A stretch of DNA of 37,601 nt from assembly GCF_001194135.2 (NCBI RefSeq), contig NC_068996.1, positions 35,381,964 to 35,419,564 on the forward strand, in the 5' to 3' direction. This DNA is from Octopus bimaculoides. Its lineage: Eukaryota. A program made the position numbers and the translations under genes. Every line of letters begins with the position of its first letter. Position 1 is the first letter of the stretch. The notes beneath the pieces are model-generated. The model was given only the letters and a program-made list of their open reading frames with translations. It did not search any database and was not told the origin of the DNA. Shown in pieces: positions 13,327 through 24,218 of this stretch.

Positions 13327-15479
13327 CTTTGATACGTACGAGGAAGAAAATGCATACACTAGGCATCTTTTTTTCTCCCTGTGTTAACGGCTGAAGTTTG
13401 GGGTGCGATAAGATGACTCTCTAAAGAGGAAGAGGCGATTGAAATGTCGCGTTACAGGTCTAGAAGGAGTGTTTGGGTATGGTTTGAACTTCCAGAAGTT
13501 GTTCTCGAAGCAGTCGCCTAGATAATAGTAAGTTTCACAATTTTGTGACCGACAATAATAGAATAAGATTTTTAGGCAAGGTTCCAAATACTAGAACTGT
13601 GACGTTTTCATTCAGGTTCGGGATGCTTTCCTCTACCAGAGCACAGATTTAGTTAGAAGAACATAACGGGGTCAATTATGAACAAATAATAAGTGGTTAT
13701 TATCTATTAAGTACACTAAAAGAAGTGATTGGAAAACAGGAAAGAGGTCTGAAACGGTGGCAACATCACCGAAAAGCTGGTTGCAAGAACATCTGGCTAT
13801 CTGCAAGGGCTGCGTTATCTGATATAAAGCACGTGATTTGAGATTCGAAAAAAGGTTCACGAAAGTATGATGTTACATATTATCACGTAGGTCATAGAAT
13901 GAAAGATATGAAATACTGGTGGTTAAGTCGGGTTTTGGCTGCATATAATGAGGTCAAAAATTCATGAACAATTAACAGAAATTTATTCACAGCACAAAAT
14001 ATTTTTAATATTGGTCTTGAATTAAAAATACAACTAAGTTTACTCACTGGGAAGGGCAATTCTGTAGTTATTACAAAATAGTTTATTATATAGACTTTGG
14101 TTAATAAGCTGTCACGACAGGAGAAAAATTCACGCTGGATTCATGACAGCTAAACTGTAACTCCTGTCTACTTGGTTGAATAAGGTGTCGTTAGAACGAT
14201 TGTTAAATGCAGCAGCGTGAGAATATAGTTTGCATTGCAGCAATTGTCCACAATCTGAAATTTGGCACCCAAAGCATACCTATTTATTAAACTCGTTAGG
14301 AGAAATTCTAGAAGATTCTAGGGAGTTGCATCATGTGGTGTCTCGATGCTGATTGATTACTTAATCGGCTAGTCACATGAAATGGCTGTTGCATAGCCGC
14401 AGCTTTTTCTTGGTAATTTGGCGATTCGGTTTCGAATTTGCTACAAAGGAAATTCGTGCGTTGATACCAATTGACAAAGATGCAACGTTGCAGCAAAGCC
14501 GTTATACGTTTTTTGTCGAAAGTCATTTCTCTGTGGTACCCGATCCCCAACAGATAGCGATAGTTTTGGACTCCATTTCACCGACAATTTAGAGGTCACG
14601 TGGAATTAGTGAGGGTAGACTTCACGGCATATCTCGACAATTTATCCTAGCCTTTGGTTGAAAACATGAAAACCAGTTGCAATAGTTACGATGTGAATAG
14701 CGCTAGGCGACTGTGAAATTAGTCCGTCTAGATCATGGGTACCGAATGCATTGCTCACAGGTTATCCTACGTCCATTTTATTTTTTAAAAAGTCATTCGT
14801 AGGAAGATTTTCGTACTAAAAGAAACACAGAATGACTAACAAAAATCGTAATAAAATGGATGTTTATTTATACTGTTGGATTATTTAATTAAAAAAAAAG
14901 AAAAATGTTTGTTTTCAAATAGTATCCAACAGGTGACAGTGAGAAAATTTACTGAAACCCAATTTCATGAAATAATAACATAAATTAAGGAGAAAACATA
15001 ATTTAAAGCGCCAGATGACTGGTTATTTGATTATAATGCTGCAATGGCACCCAACTGAATCCCACCCCCCAAAAAACTTGCTTTTTTCTTTTATCTATTT
15101 AGTGATTAAATTAGAATGCTTTAATTATATCAATGAATATTGGAAACGTTTCAAATAAACTGAAATTTAAATAATTTCTTTAAATAAAATGAACTGGTTG
15201 ATATAAGAATTAATATAATTACAGCTTATATTTTACAGGATTTTTTTGTTTTATGTGCGGCACAATCTTCCAATATTTTGTATACGAACATTTGTAGACG
15301 ACGGAGGAAAAAGTTAATTTATTTCTAGATATGCAAAATCAACATCACATGTATAATTACACACAAACGCCTTTTTCTATGAATATAGAATATACCATTA
15401 ATGATGGATTTCCAACAACTTAAATGGGTCTGAAAAAAGACATATCTTCACAAAGAGAAAGTTTTTATTCGTAATGAGT

Positions 15480-15900
15480 AAAGAGGAATGCATATGTAAT
15501 AGACTGCGCATATATTATTACGCCAAAGTGATGCAAAATGAGAAGACATTTCAAATAATGTTCCTAAAACATTGACAACGCAGTTTCCTCCAGATTCCGG
15601 AAGTGAGGAAACAAAAACAAAGAATTATAATTCCAAGTTTGGAAAAGCAACAGTCATTTTTAAAGTGTCAGTTTCTAAATCTCTGCCTGTTACTGCCGCG
15701 TCGTTTCAAGTATCATATAATATTGTGAAACGTAAAAACAATCTGAAGATGATGAAATAATGAAGGAAGATTTTCTGGAATCTAGTGAATTGCTATATGA
15801 AATTTTTTAAAATCAAAACATTTAACAAATGCAGTGAGTTTTATTTATTAAGGAATTTTGGAATTAGATAGATTGAAACATTATACGATGACAAATTTTC
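15480..15900 (+). pseudogene. hAT (Buster/SPIN/Charlie-like) transposase N-terminal remnant
   Basis: Read across frameshifts: KMRRHF...FPPDS...IFKVSVSKSLPVTAASFQVSYNIVKRK...DDEIMKEDFLESSELLYEIF, which resembles GTF2IRD2/EPM2AIP1-like transposases. Confidence 0.75.
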
Positions 15901-16815
15901 AAAAGCATGATCAACAGATATTTCAATTATGCATTCAGAAAGTCCTGCGAGTTACAGTTTGCTCATGACAGTAATCAAGCCGTACTGTTGCAATGGTGGT
16001 GGTGATTGTGATTATGGTAGTGGTGGTGGTGGCAGTAGCGGCTGCGGCGGCGGTGATGGTAGTGGTACTGGTGTTGTAGGTAGTGGTGGTGGTAGCTAAG
16101 ACATTTTCAACAATGATCTTCCAGTCTTTTTGCATATTTAAAAAATACTATCCAGAGTATCGTAGGTAAGGAGTGGGTGCGATGAGGTGGGGATGGGGGA
16201 GGAGATCCGTCACGGACGATACTCTTATGGGACCCGAGTCTCAGAGAAATTTCTACCGATTAATAATGATAATAATAATGATAATATATATATATATATA
16301 TANNNNNNNNNNNNNNNNNNNNNNNNNNNNNNNNNNNNNNNNNNNNNNNNNNNNNNNNNNNNNNNNNNNNNNNNNNNNNNNNNNNNNNNNNNNNNNNNNN
16401 NNNNNNNNNNNNNNNNNNNNNNNNNNNNNNNNNNNNNNNNNNNNNNNNNNNNNNNNNNNNNNNNNNNNNNNNNNNNNNNNNNNNNNNNNNNNNNNNNNNN
16501 NNNNNNNNNNNNNNNNNNNNNNNNNNNNNNNNNNNNNNNNNNNNNNNNNNNNNNNNNNNNNNNNNNNNNNNNNNNNNNNNNNNNNNNNNNNNNNNNNNNN
16601 NNNNNNNNNNNNNNNNNNNNNNNNNNNNNNNNNNNNNNNNNNNNNNNNNNNNNNNNNNNNNNNNNNNNNNNNNNNNNNNNNNNNNNNNNNNNNNNNNNNN
16701 NNNNNNNNNNNNNNNNNNNNNNNNNNNNNNNNNACACACACACAAGCACATAATGCAAAACAAGGTGGGGAAAAATAGTTCTCGAGTACTCGAATACCAA
16801 AGATAGAGGAATATG

Positions 16816-16932
16816 CTTTTATCAAAGCTGCAAAATTTTCACAAAACTGTTTCTCAGAATTTCACGTTCCCGATGAACGAGAACGTGAAACTGAGTAACA
16901 GTTTTGTCATTATTTTGCAACTTTCATAAAAG
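16816..16932. repeat. 117-bp fold-back palindrome (hairpin MITE-like)
   Basis: Left arm CTTTTATCAAAGCTGCAAAATTTTCACAAAACTGTTTCTCAGAATTTCACGTTC pairs with the right arm at ~85% by eye, around an 11-nt loop. Confidence 0.85.
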
Positions 16933-17407
16933 TATATACATATATATATCACCTAGGAAAACAAGACAATATTAACGGGCTGTTCTTTCTAGCAATGATA
17001 CTACCAAGAACTGGGTTTCGGGATTCATTTGTGCTACATTCCTAGCTAATAATATCTATTAATCCCCGCCTCCAAACCTTCCTCAATCGCATTTAAGCCT
17101 TGTAAGCCCGTATAAGTAAGCCTTCTAAGCCAGTGAAATGTGTCAAAGATTTCAACCGACAAGCATTGATCCTTTCCTGGTTAACATTAATCGTTTTGAG
17201 AACAAATTGCTTGAAGTAGAGTTTGCTTTTCATGAAATAATACAAACCACTCGTTTTAAAGTGTCCATACCTCAGATCACAACCTATCGTCCCTTATAGG
17301 CGAAATTTCAGCGAGATTTGTTTACCATGTTTAGCCGATCGAGGGTGCCCGTAGATGCTCTTTTCATTGACATGTGATCATATAGTGTTGTTTGTTCTAT
17401 CTTTAAC

Positions 17408-17731
17408 TGGCACCCTATTGGTTACGTGGTCGAGGGTTCCAGTTGACTCGATAAACAAAACAGCCTGCTCGTGAAATTAATGTGCAAGTGACTGAGCACT
17501 CCATGTAGATATGCGTGCCCTTAACGTAGTTCTCAGGGAGATTCAGCGTGACACAGAATGTGACAAGGCTGGCCTTTTGAATTATAGGTACAACTCATTT
17601 ACACCAGCTGAGTGGACTGGAGCAATGTGAAAAAAAGTGTTACTCAAGGATACAATGCGCCGCCAGAAATCGAACTCACGACCTTATGACCATGAGTTGA
17701 ATACCCTAACAACTAAGTCGCGCGTCTTCAC
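17408..17731 (-). mobile_element. SINE family D (Meta-domain-like), copy 1
   Basis: The minus strand gives a tRNA head GTGAAGACGCG..., central TCCTTGAGTAACAC...CATTGCTCCAGTCCACTCAGCTG, and a tail shared with the SINE at 35252. Confidence 0.8.
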
Positions 17732-17760
17732 AGTAGATAGATAGATAGATAGATAGATAA

Positions 17761-18079
17761 TCCGTCTGTTACGACGACGAGCGTTCCAGTTGATCCGATC
17801 AACGGAACAGCCTGCTTTTGGAATTAACGAGCAAGTGGTTGAGCACTCCACAGACACATGTGCTCATAACATAGTTCTCAGGTAGATTCAGCGTGACACA
17901 GAATGTGACAAGGCCGGCCTTTTGAATTACAGGTACAACTCATTTATACCAGCTGAATAGACAGGAGCAATGTGGAAAAAAAGTCTGTTACTCAAGGACA
18001 CAACGCACCGCCGGGAATCGAACTCATGACCTTACGACCGTGAGCCCAATACCCTAACCACTACGCTACGCGCCTTCAC
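17761..18079 (-). mobile_element. SINE family D, copy 2 (tandem with copy 1)
   Basis: A direct homolog of 17408-17731, separated from it by (TAGA)n. Confidence 0.8.
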
Positions 18080-19658
18080 GTTGTTATGTCTAGTGTCTGT
18101 GGCAGTAACACCGCTAGGATGGTGGACGGTGCTTAAAAGGTTTAATGTCAGTTAACCATGGTGTAACAAAGTTATTGCAGACAGGGTTTTAAAGACATGT
18201 TTTGGACATTGACCCATTGAATAACCCATGGCGGGGCAGAGGAAATTTATGCAGTCGGGAGCCTTTCCTCACTATTACCGTGTATGTGTATGCAAGTAGG
18301 TGTACATGTATGTATGTATGTATGTATGTATGTATGTATGTATGGATGGATGGATGGATGGATGGATGGATCGATCGATCGATGATGAATGTGTGTGTGT
18401 ATGTACGTATATATGTATGTATGTGTGTGTGTGTATGCGTAGGTGTGTGCATGTATGTATGTGTGTATATATGTATGTACGTATGTGTATGTATATTTTT
18501 TCTTTTTTTCTAGTTCCAGCTCGAGGGTTGCGGCCATACTGGAGCACCGCCGTTGTATGTGTGTTTATGTGTATGTATGTGTATGGTGTCAGTATGTATG
18601 TATGTGTGTGTGCGTGTGAACCCTATTTGTTTTTTAACTCTGCAGGTAAAAGATTTGGCTTGAGGGAGTCATTCTAACTCCAAATAAATAGATTCATGCT
18701 GTAGTTAACCCAAAGTCAGAAATGTCTGAACAGACTTATATTCAAAGACATTCCAGCAATGACCATGCCATTTTATTTATTTACTTATTTTCGCGTACCT
18801 ACATCTACATTATGTGTGGCCTTCCATTCTTTAAGAGTTAACACATACAACGGTGGTGCCCCAGTATGGCCGCAAAACAAAAAATACATACAAATACGTC
18901 ATACATATATATATATATATACACGCAAACAAGCATGCACATACCTACGCATGCACGTACACACATGTAGACAGTCAGACAGACTGACAGTCAGACAGAC
19001 TGACAGTCAGACAGACTGACAGACAGACAGACTGACAGACAGCGTAACTGAAATTCGGTTATTTCCAGAATTTTAGTTTTAAAAGACATAGTTGTATGGC
19101 GAGAAGTTTACTTCCCAACCACATGGTCTCGGGTTCAATCTCACAATATGGCACAATATGGCACCTATGTACTTTAACCCCGAGCCGATGAAACTCACGT
19201 GAGTGGATTTGGTAAACAAAAACTGAAAGAAGCCAGTCGTGTAGATAACGTGCGTGTGTGTGAGTGTGTGTACGTTTGTGTGCGCGTGCGCGTATGTCTG
19301 TAGTTGTATGTGTCTTCACCACCACTTGACAGTCGGTGTTGATTTACTAATGTTCCCGAAACTCGGCAGCAAACACTGAATGATAGAACCAGAAATTAAA
19401 AATAGGTACTAGGTTCGATGCGTTCGACTAAAACCCCTCGAGGAGATAACCCGGCAACGAATTTTTTTCCCACGAGAGTTCCGGACATCATTAATGAGCT
19501 AATTTGCATACAACCAATCAGAACTCACCTTGACCTTGTTGTCAAGTTAACAAACACACTCTGCCAAGTAAACTCAAGACGAAGAACAGTGTTGTTAGTC
19601 GACCGATCGCCAAGTTATGCTTGATTTTAGGAGACAAATAATTAGATAGATTTGCATC

Positions 19659-19871
19659 TGTAGTGACGCCTGGTTCCAGTCACCATTTTGGGATTTTTAT
19701 CCACGCATGCGCAGGGATTAGAGCCTTCCGGAAGGCCTACCGGAAGGCACTTATGCGCACGCGCACTCATAAGCAGCCGCTAGGCTTGACCGCTACTCAC
19801 TCTCTTCACCCCGGCTTCCGCCTGAGACACACGCATCTTGACCAGCTCCATGTAGCTGGAATTCTGAAAGC
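19659..19871 (+). repeat. 5' LTR-A, U3 portion only
   Basis: ~90% identical by manual count to 21362-21574. The rest of this LTR is partly deleted and partly inverted to 20244-20297. Confidence 0.9.
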
Positions 19872-20064
19872 TGCAATTGGTTGGGTTGCACCCCGGCACG
19901 AAATAGAACAAGAGACAAAATGCGCCAATACTAACCAATCAGAGTGGTGGACACAATAGGGTCCAAAGATGCGGCCGAAGGCTAGCTGTTAACTACTACG
20001 TCCGCACTCATGTATATATTACAGAGAGAGAGAGAGAAGTACGCTACAGAGCCCCCCCACCAGT
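19864..20064 (-). repeat. Inverted partial LTR-B with its polypurine tract
   Basis: The minus strand reads ACTGGTGGGGGGGCTC|TGTAGCGTAC... (PPT plus TG start). 19864-20015 is an inverted match to 20300-20456. Confidence 0.8.
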
Positions 20065-20223
20065 CATTTTGTGTAAGACAAAATAGACGATAAAGGATGA
20101 AATAACTGTAGCGAAAAGGTGAAAGAGCTGTTGGTCATAAAGCTGGCACTGGGTCACCATTTAGTAAACGTCCGTGCGAACGTCGGGCTGCGTGTTGGAT
20201 ATCACGTCGGGTACGACCGCGTG

Positions 20224-20241
20224 ATCACGTCGGGGTCACCA
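20224..20241 (-). promoter_or_regulatory. Primer-binding site complementary to tRNA-Trp
   Basis: TGGTGACCCCGACGTGAT lies 2 nt after the inverted LTR-A end (...CCTACA). It complements the eukaryotic tRNA-Trp(CCA) 3' end ATCACGTCGGGGTCACCA (recalled, not searched). Confidence 0.85.
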
Positions 20242-20299
20242 ATTGTAGGAAGTTATGTTAGCACTGGATGGGTGCCACACAATTCCTTACATAAACGGG

Positions 20300-20620
20300 T
20301 ATATATACATGAGTGCGGATATAGTGGCTAACAGCTAGCCTTCGGCTGCATCTTTGGACCCTGTTGTGTCCACCACTCTGATTGGTTGGTATTGGCGTAT
20401 TTTGTCTCTTGTTCTATTTCGCGCCGGGGTGCAACCCAACCAATCGCAGCCTTCAGATAAGGCCACGTGGGACAGTTTTTCTGAACCTCTGTTTGAGCCG
20501 ATAGTATCTTATAAATAGCTAGCTTTTCTGCGCATGATTGTCAGTCCGGCTCCAGACCTTCTGAGGTCTAGCCGCTGGCCACAGAGCACACAGCCAGTTC
20601 CAGCGACGACACGACACAGC
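20300..20620 (+). repeat. LTR-B U3/promoter segment
   Basis: Homologous to the reverse complement of 24300-24625. Contains several CCAAT/ATTGG boxes, TATAAATA at 20510-20517 and Inr-like TCAGT at 20541-20545. Confidence 0.8.
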
Positions 20621-21109
20621 TTCATGATCCGGCGTCTTATGTCGCCAGACTTTGCACTAATTTTTCAAATCTTCCGCCCATGGTTTCCCGGGAAAATCTC
20701 CACCCTCTCATGTTCCATCAGATATGGACACTTGGTCGCATGTTTTTGTTCGAGACGACTCTGTGAAGGGACCTCTTGTTTCTCCTTATAAAGGACCTTT
20801 TTGTGTGCTTTCTCGCACACCCAAAGTTTTTACCATCGAAATGAATGGTCGTACGGAAACCGTTTTTGTGGACCGACTTAAAAAAGCATATTTTGAGGTG
20901 TCTACATCTTTCGATGATATCGCTGCCACACCCACCTATGCACCTTTGACAACACCACCTACACATTCACCTACACAGGCACCCTTGCCACTACCAACGC
21001 CTACAACGCCACCTTCGTCGTCGAATAGTGCCTCGAGCAAACCTTATGTTACCAGATCAGCAGAACTGTTCATTGGCCTAAGAAACTTGCAAAGACTATT
21101 TACATTTGA
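20600..21109 (+). pseudogene. Gypsy integrase C-terminal (GPY/F) fragment
   Basis: DPASYVARL...SHVFVRDDSVKGPLVSPYKGPFCVLSRTPKVFTIEMNGRTETVFVDRLKKAY. After a 1-nt shift it reads TRSGRTVHWPKKL to a stop at 21107-21109. Confidence 0.9.
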
Positions 21110-21361
21110 CATTCGCTATTGTGTTTCCTGTGACAGACAGGTGTTCCTTTGTGTACTGGACAGTTTCAATGTTTTGTTATTGAACATTTTGTAAAAAAAA
21201 ATAAAATAATTTTTTTTTGTGTGCATGCTTATTTATACTGTAATAATTTTTTTTGAGTTGACATATTTTGTGCCACATCTTGTGGGTAATCGGTAGCCAT
21301 CTTGTTTCTGGCGCCACTACAATCTTCCTATTTTCGTGCTTCCGCACTCGAGGGGGAGCCT

Positions 21362-21803
21362 TGTAGTGACGCTTGGTTCCAGTCGCCATTTTGGGATTTT
21401 TATCCACGCATGCTCGGGGATTAGAGTCATCCGGAAGGCCTGCCGGAAGCCCCTTATGCGCATGCGCAGTCATCAGCAGCCGCTAGGCCTGACCGCCATT
21501 CACTCTCTTCGCCCTGGCTTCCGACTGAGACACACGCATCTTGACCAGCTCCATGTAGCTGGAATACTGAAGGCACCACACGACATTAGCTAACCTGTGA
21601 AGAATGCCTTCACATTTGTGATTAAACCGATTCTGCTGCTTCCATACCAAGGCGACCTGGCTACTGATTGTCATAAGATGTAACGCTTGTACAGACGAAA
21701 AATAAATAGTTATTTGTTCGGATATTCTTGTTCCGCTATTTTCCTTCCACGTTTATGTAAGGAATTGTGTGGCACCCATCCAGTGTCAATATAACTTCCT
21801 ACA
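21362..21803 (+). repeat. Complete 3' LTR-A (442 bp) preceded by PPT GAGGGGGAG (21350-21358)
   Basis: TGTAG...CTACA termini, AATAAA at 21701-21706, and a PPT immediately upstream. Confidence 0.92.
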
Positions 21804-22930
21804 CATCTATACCTATTATCGGATTTTGTTAGGGCCCCTTATGGTAAAGATGTGGATGGGAAAAATGTGGGTAGAAGGTGATGTGCTAGTAACCCTCTCC
21901 CCTTACTGTTTTACAAAGTAAACAACAACACCAGCCATGTTTGACACAAGAACAAGAATAACAAGCATTCTTAAAAGTGAAAAGAAGCATGGTCATTCCT
22001 TAACCAAATGACCTTAACTTATCGCACATCACTTGTTCTGCGCTCATAAATTAGTTTGATAGTTTGAGCTCTGATTGGCTGTAAGCAAATGAGTTCTTAA
22101 CTGCGGTCCGGAACTCTCGTGGGAAAAAAGTTTCGCGTCCCTGCATGGCTGCAGTCCAGTGATTGAAACAAGTCTAAGCTAAAAGAAGGATAAGTTTCTA
22201 TAATTCGCTTTTTACACGGCCACGAGCAAATACCTTATTCTTTGGAAACATATATTAATAATTTTCGTAATATAACCCATTTTAAATTCTTTGTCAAACC
22301 TACCTACAGCTACCATCAAACTGACATGGAGTAGTTTAACGTTCGTGCTCGGTCATTTATATCAGAGACAATGCACTTGAATGGTGTCGACCATTGATTC
22401 CGATAAAGTAAAACAATGAGGAAGTATATATTAAAGCCGTAAAAAAAAAAAGAAAGAAAGAATCATTGAAACACAAACATGACAGAATGTCAGTAAAACG
22501 CCAATAAAACGATATATTAATGGAGAGTAGCAGAAAACAGAAATTGAACAAAGCAAAGTGGAATGTTTTTGTTAACTAAATAAGTAACTTTATTTCCTAG
22601 CAATTAAAATAGACGTTGTTGTTTAGGTTACGACATAATACTCCACACACATATACATATACTCACACATACATATACAACACACACACATGCATACATA
22701 CATACAGACAGACAGACAGACAGACTGGTGGAAGCCATAGCCACTCATAATAAGAAGGAGTACTGGTGGAATGTCCCAGTGAAGACCTCAATAAATAATA
22801 ACAATAAATAAATAAAAACACAACAGACCTAATATAAGGATTTGGGATATAGAGCTATACTTAATTCTAATAATAAAAAATTATACACACTGTAGGTTTT
22901 ATAAAAATACATCAGTACAAGGGTTAATAT

Positions 22931-23565
22931 TGGTTTCATATTTTGGTACAAGGCTAGGAATTTCGGGAGAGCAATAAGTCGATTACATCGACCCCAGTAT
23001 TCAACTAGTACTTATTTTATCGCCCCCGAAAGGATGAAAGGTAAAGTAGACCTCTACGGAATTTGAATTCAGAACGTAAAGACGGACGAAATACCGCATA
23101 GTATTCTGCCCAGCGTGTTAATGTTTCTTATTTCTTTATTGCCCACAAGGGGCTAAACATAGAGGGGACAAACAAGGACAGAGAAAGGGATTAAGTCGAT
23201 TACATCGACCCCAGTGCGTAACTGATACTTTGTTTATCGACCCCTAAAGGATGAAAGGCAAAGTCGACCTCGGCGGAATTTGAACTCAGAACGTGGCGGC
23301 AGACGAAATACCGCTAAGCATTTCGCCCGGCGTGTTAATGTTTCTAATTTTTTTACTGCCCATAAGGGGCTACACACAGAGGGGACAAACAAGGATTAAA
23401 TCGATTATATCGACCACAGTGCGTAACTGATACTTATTTAATCGACCCCGAAAGGATGAAAGGCAAAGTCGACCTCGGCGGAATTTGAACTCAGAACGTA
23501 GCAGCAGACGAAATACCGCTAAGCATCTCGCTCGGCGTGCTAACGTTTCTGCCAGCTCCCTGCCT
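22931..23565 (-). mobile_element. Head-to-tail trimer of SINE family A
   Basis: Three units (22931-23123, 23124-23340, 23341-23565). Only the rightmost unit keeps the full tRNA head. Confidence 0.9.
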
Positions 23566-23831
23566 ATACAATGGGCAAACCTGGGCACCAAACAATTGAA
23601 TTGAAGTTAACGGATTTTATAGTTTTAGTACTTTTTAAAGGTGTTTTTAGATGGTTTTAGAGCAAAAACTAATTTTTTTCTTTCTATAGTAAAAATCAAC
23701 TTTAACGGTTTATTGGTAACTTCCGTTACATTAGGAAATAATTAACTGATTAACGGTTATCGAAGTTATAATGGAACTAGAAGGTTCCTGATACCTGTGG
23801 AATATCTCCTTCTCCCATTACAATTATTTTT

Positions 23832-24218
23832 TGTAGTCTTAGGATTCTGGAACTCGAAGAAGAGACTTACAAGCGGATGCAATTCAATAGTTGTTTATTT
23901 GGTTCACATTTCATGGGGTTTGCTCCCGGCGACCATCTGTATGTCAGCGCGTAGTTCGTTAGCTCCGTTCGCGAGAGGGTTAAGAATCCGCTGTGAGCTG
24001 CTAGGCTGCAGTGTTGTTCAACGTGAGCGCCAACACGAGAGAAGAGAACGGGTTGCTCAATACACCTCCTTAAATAGATGTTACCCACGGGAGCCACGCT
24101 GTGGTCTCGTGCATGGCAAACATGGTTGTAGGCAAGATCTCGCTCTTGTCTCGGACCTGGCAATGGCCGCCGGCGAGGTTTCGTACAAAATGGCGCTGGT
24201 TTCTTGTGTCACACTACA
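23832..24218 (-). repeat. Solo LTR, family C (387 bp)
   Basis: The minus strand reads TGTAGTGTG...GACTACA, with TATA-like TATTTAAGG (~24068-24076) and AATAAA (23894-23899). No TSD. Confidence 0.8.

Larger units (their letters stand above)
19659..21803 (+). mobile_element. Rearranged, internally deleted Ty3/Gypsy provirus (LTR family A)
   Basis: Bounded by TGTAG...CTACA with a 4-bp TSD CATC (19655-19658 and 21804-21807). Contains two LTR copies, a PBS, a PPT and an integrase C-terminus. Confidence 0.9.
19463..22129. mobile_element. Non-autonomous TIR element (~65-bp TIRs, ~520 bp without the Gypsy insert)
   Basis: 19463-19527 (TTTTTTCCCACGAGAGTTCCGGAC...ATTTGCATACAACCAATCAGAACTCA) is an inverted match to 22065-22129; the first 24 bp are identical and the whole is ~80% by eye. 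TSD and superfamily undetermined. Confidence 0.75.
19084..22185 (+). mobile_element. SINE family C split by nested insertions (5' part 19084-19445, tail 22135-22185)
   Basis: The head and body end at TTCGACTAAAACCCCTCGAGG. The tail GCATGGCTGCAGTCCAGTGATTGAAACAAG resumes at ~22142. Confidence 0.7.

Noticed and set aside
13640-13850. ~60-codon open frame (EHNGVNYEQIISG...)
   Set aside because: No start codon, consistent splice sites or recognisable homology.
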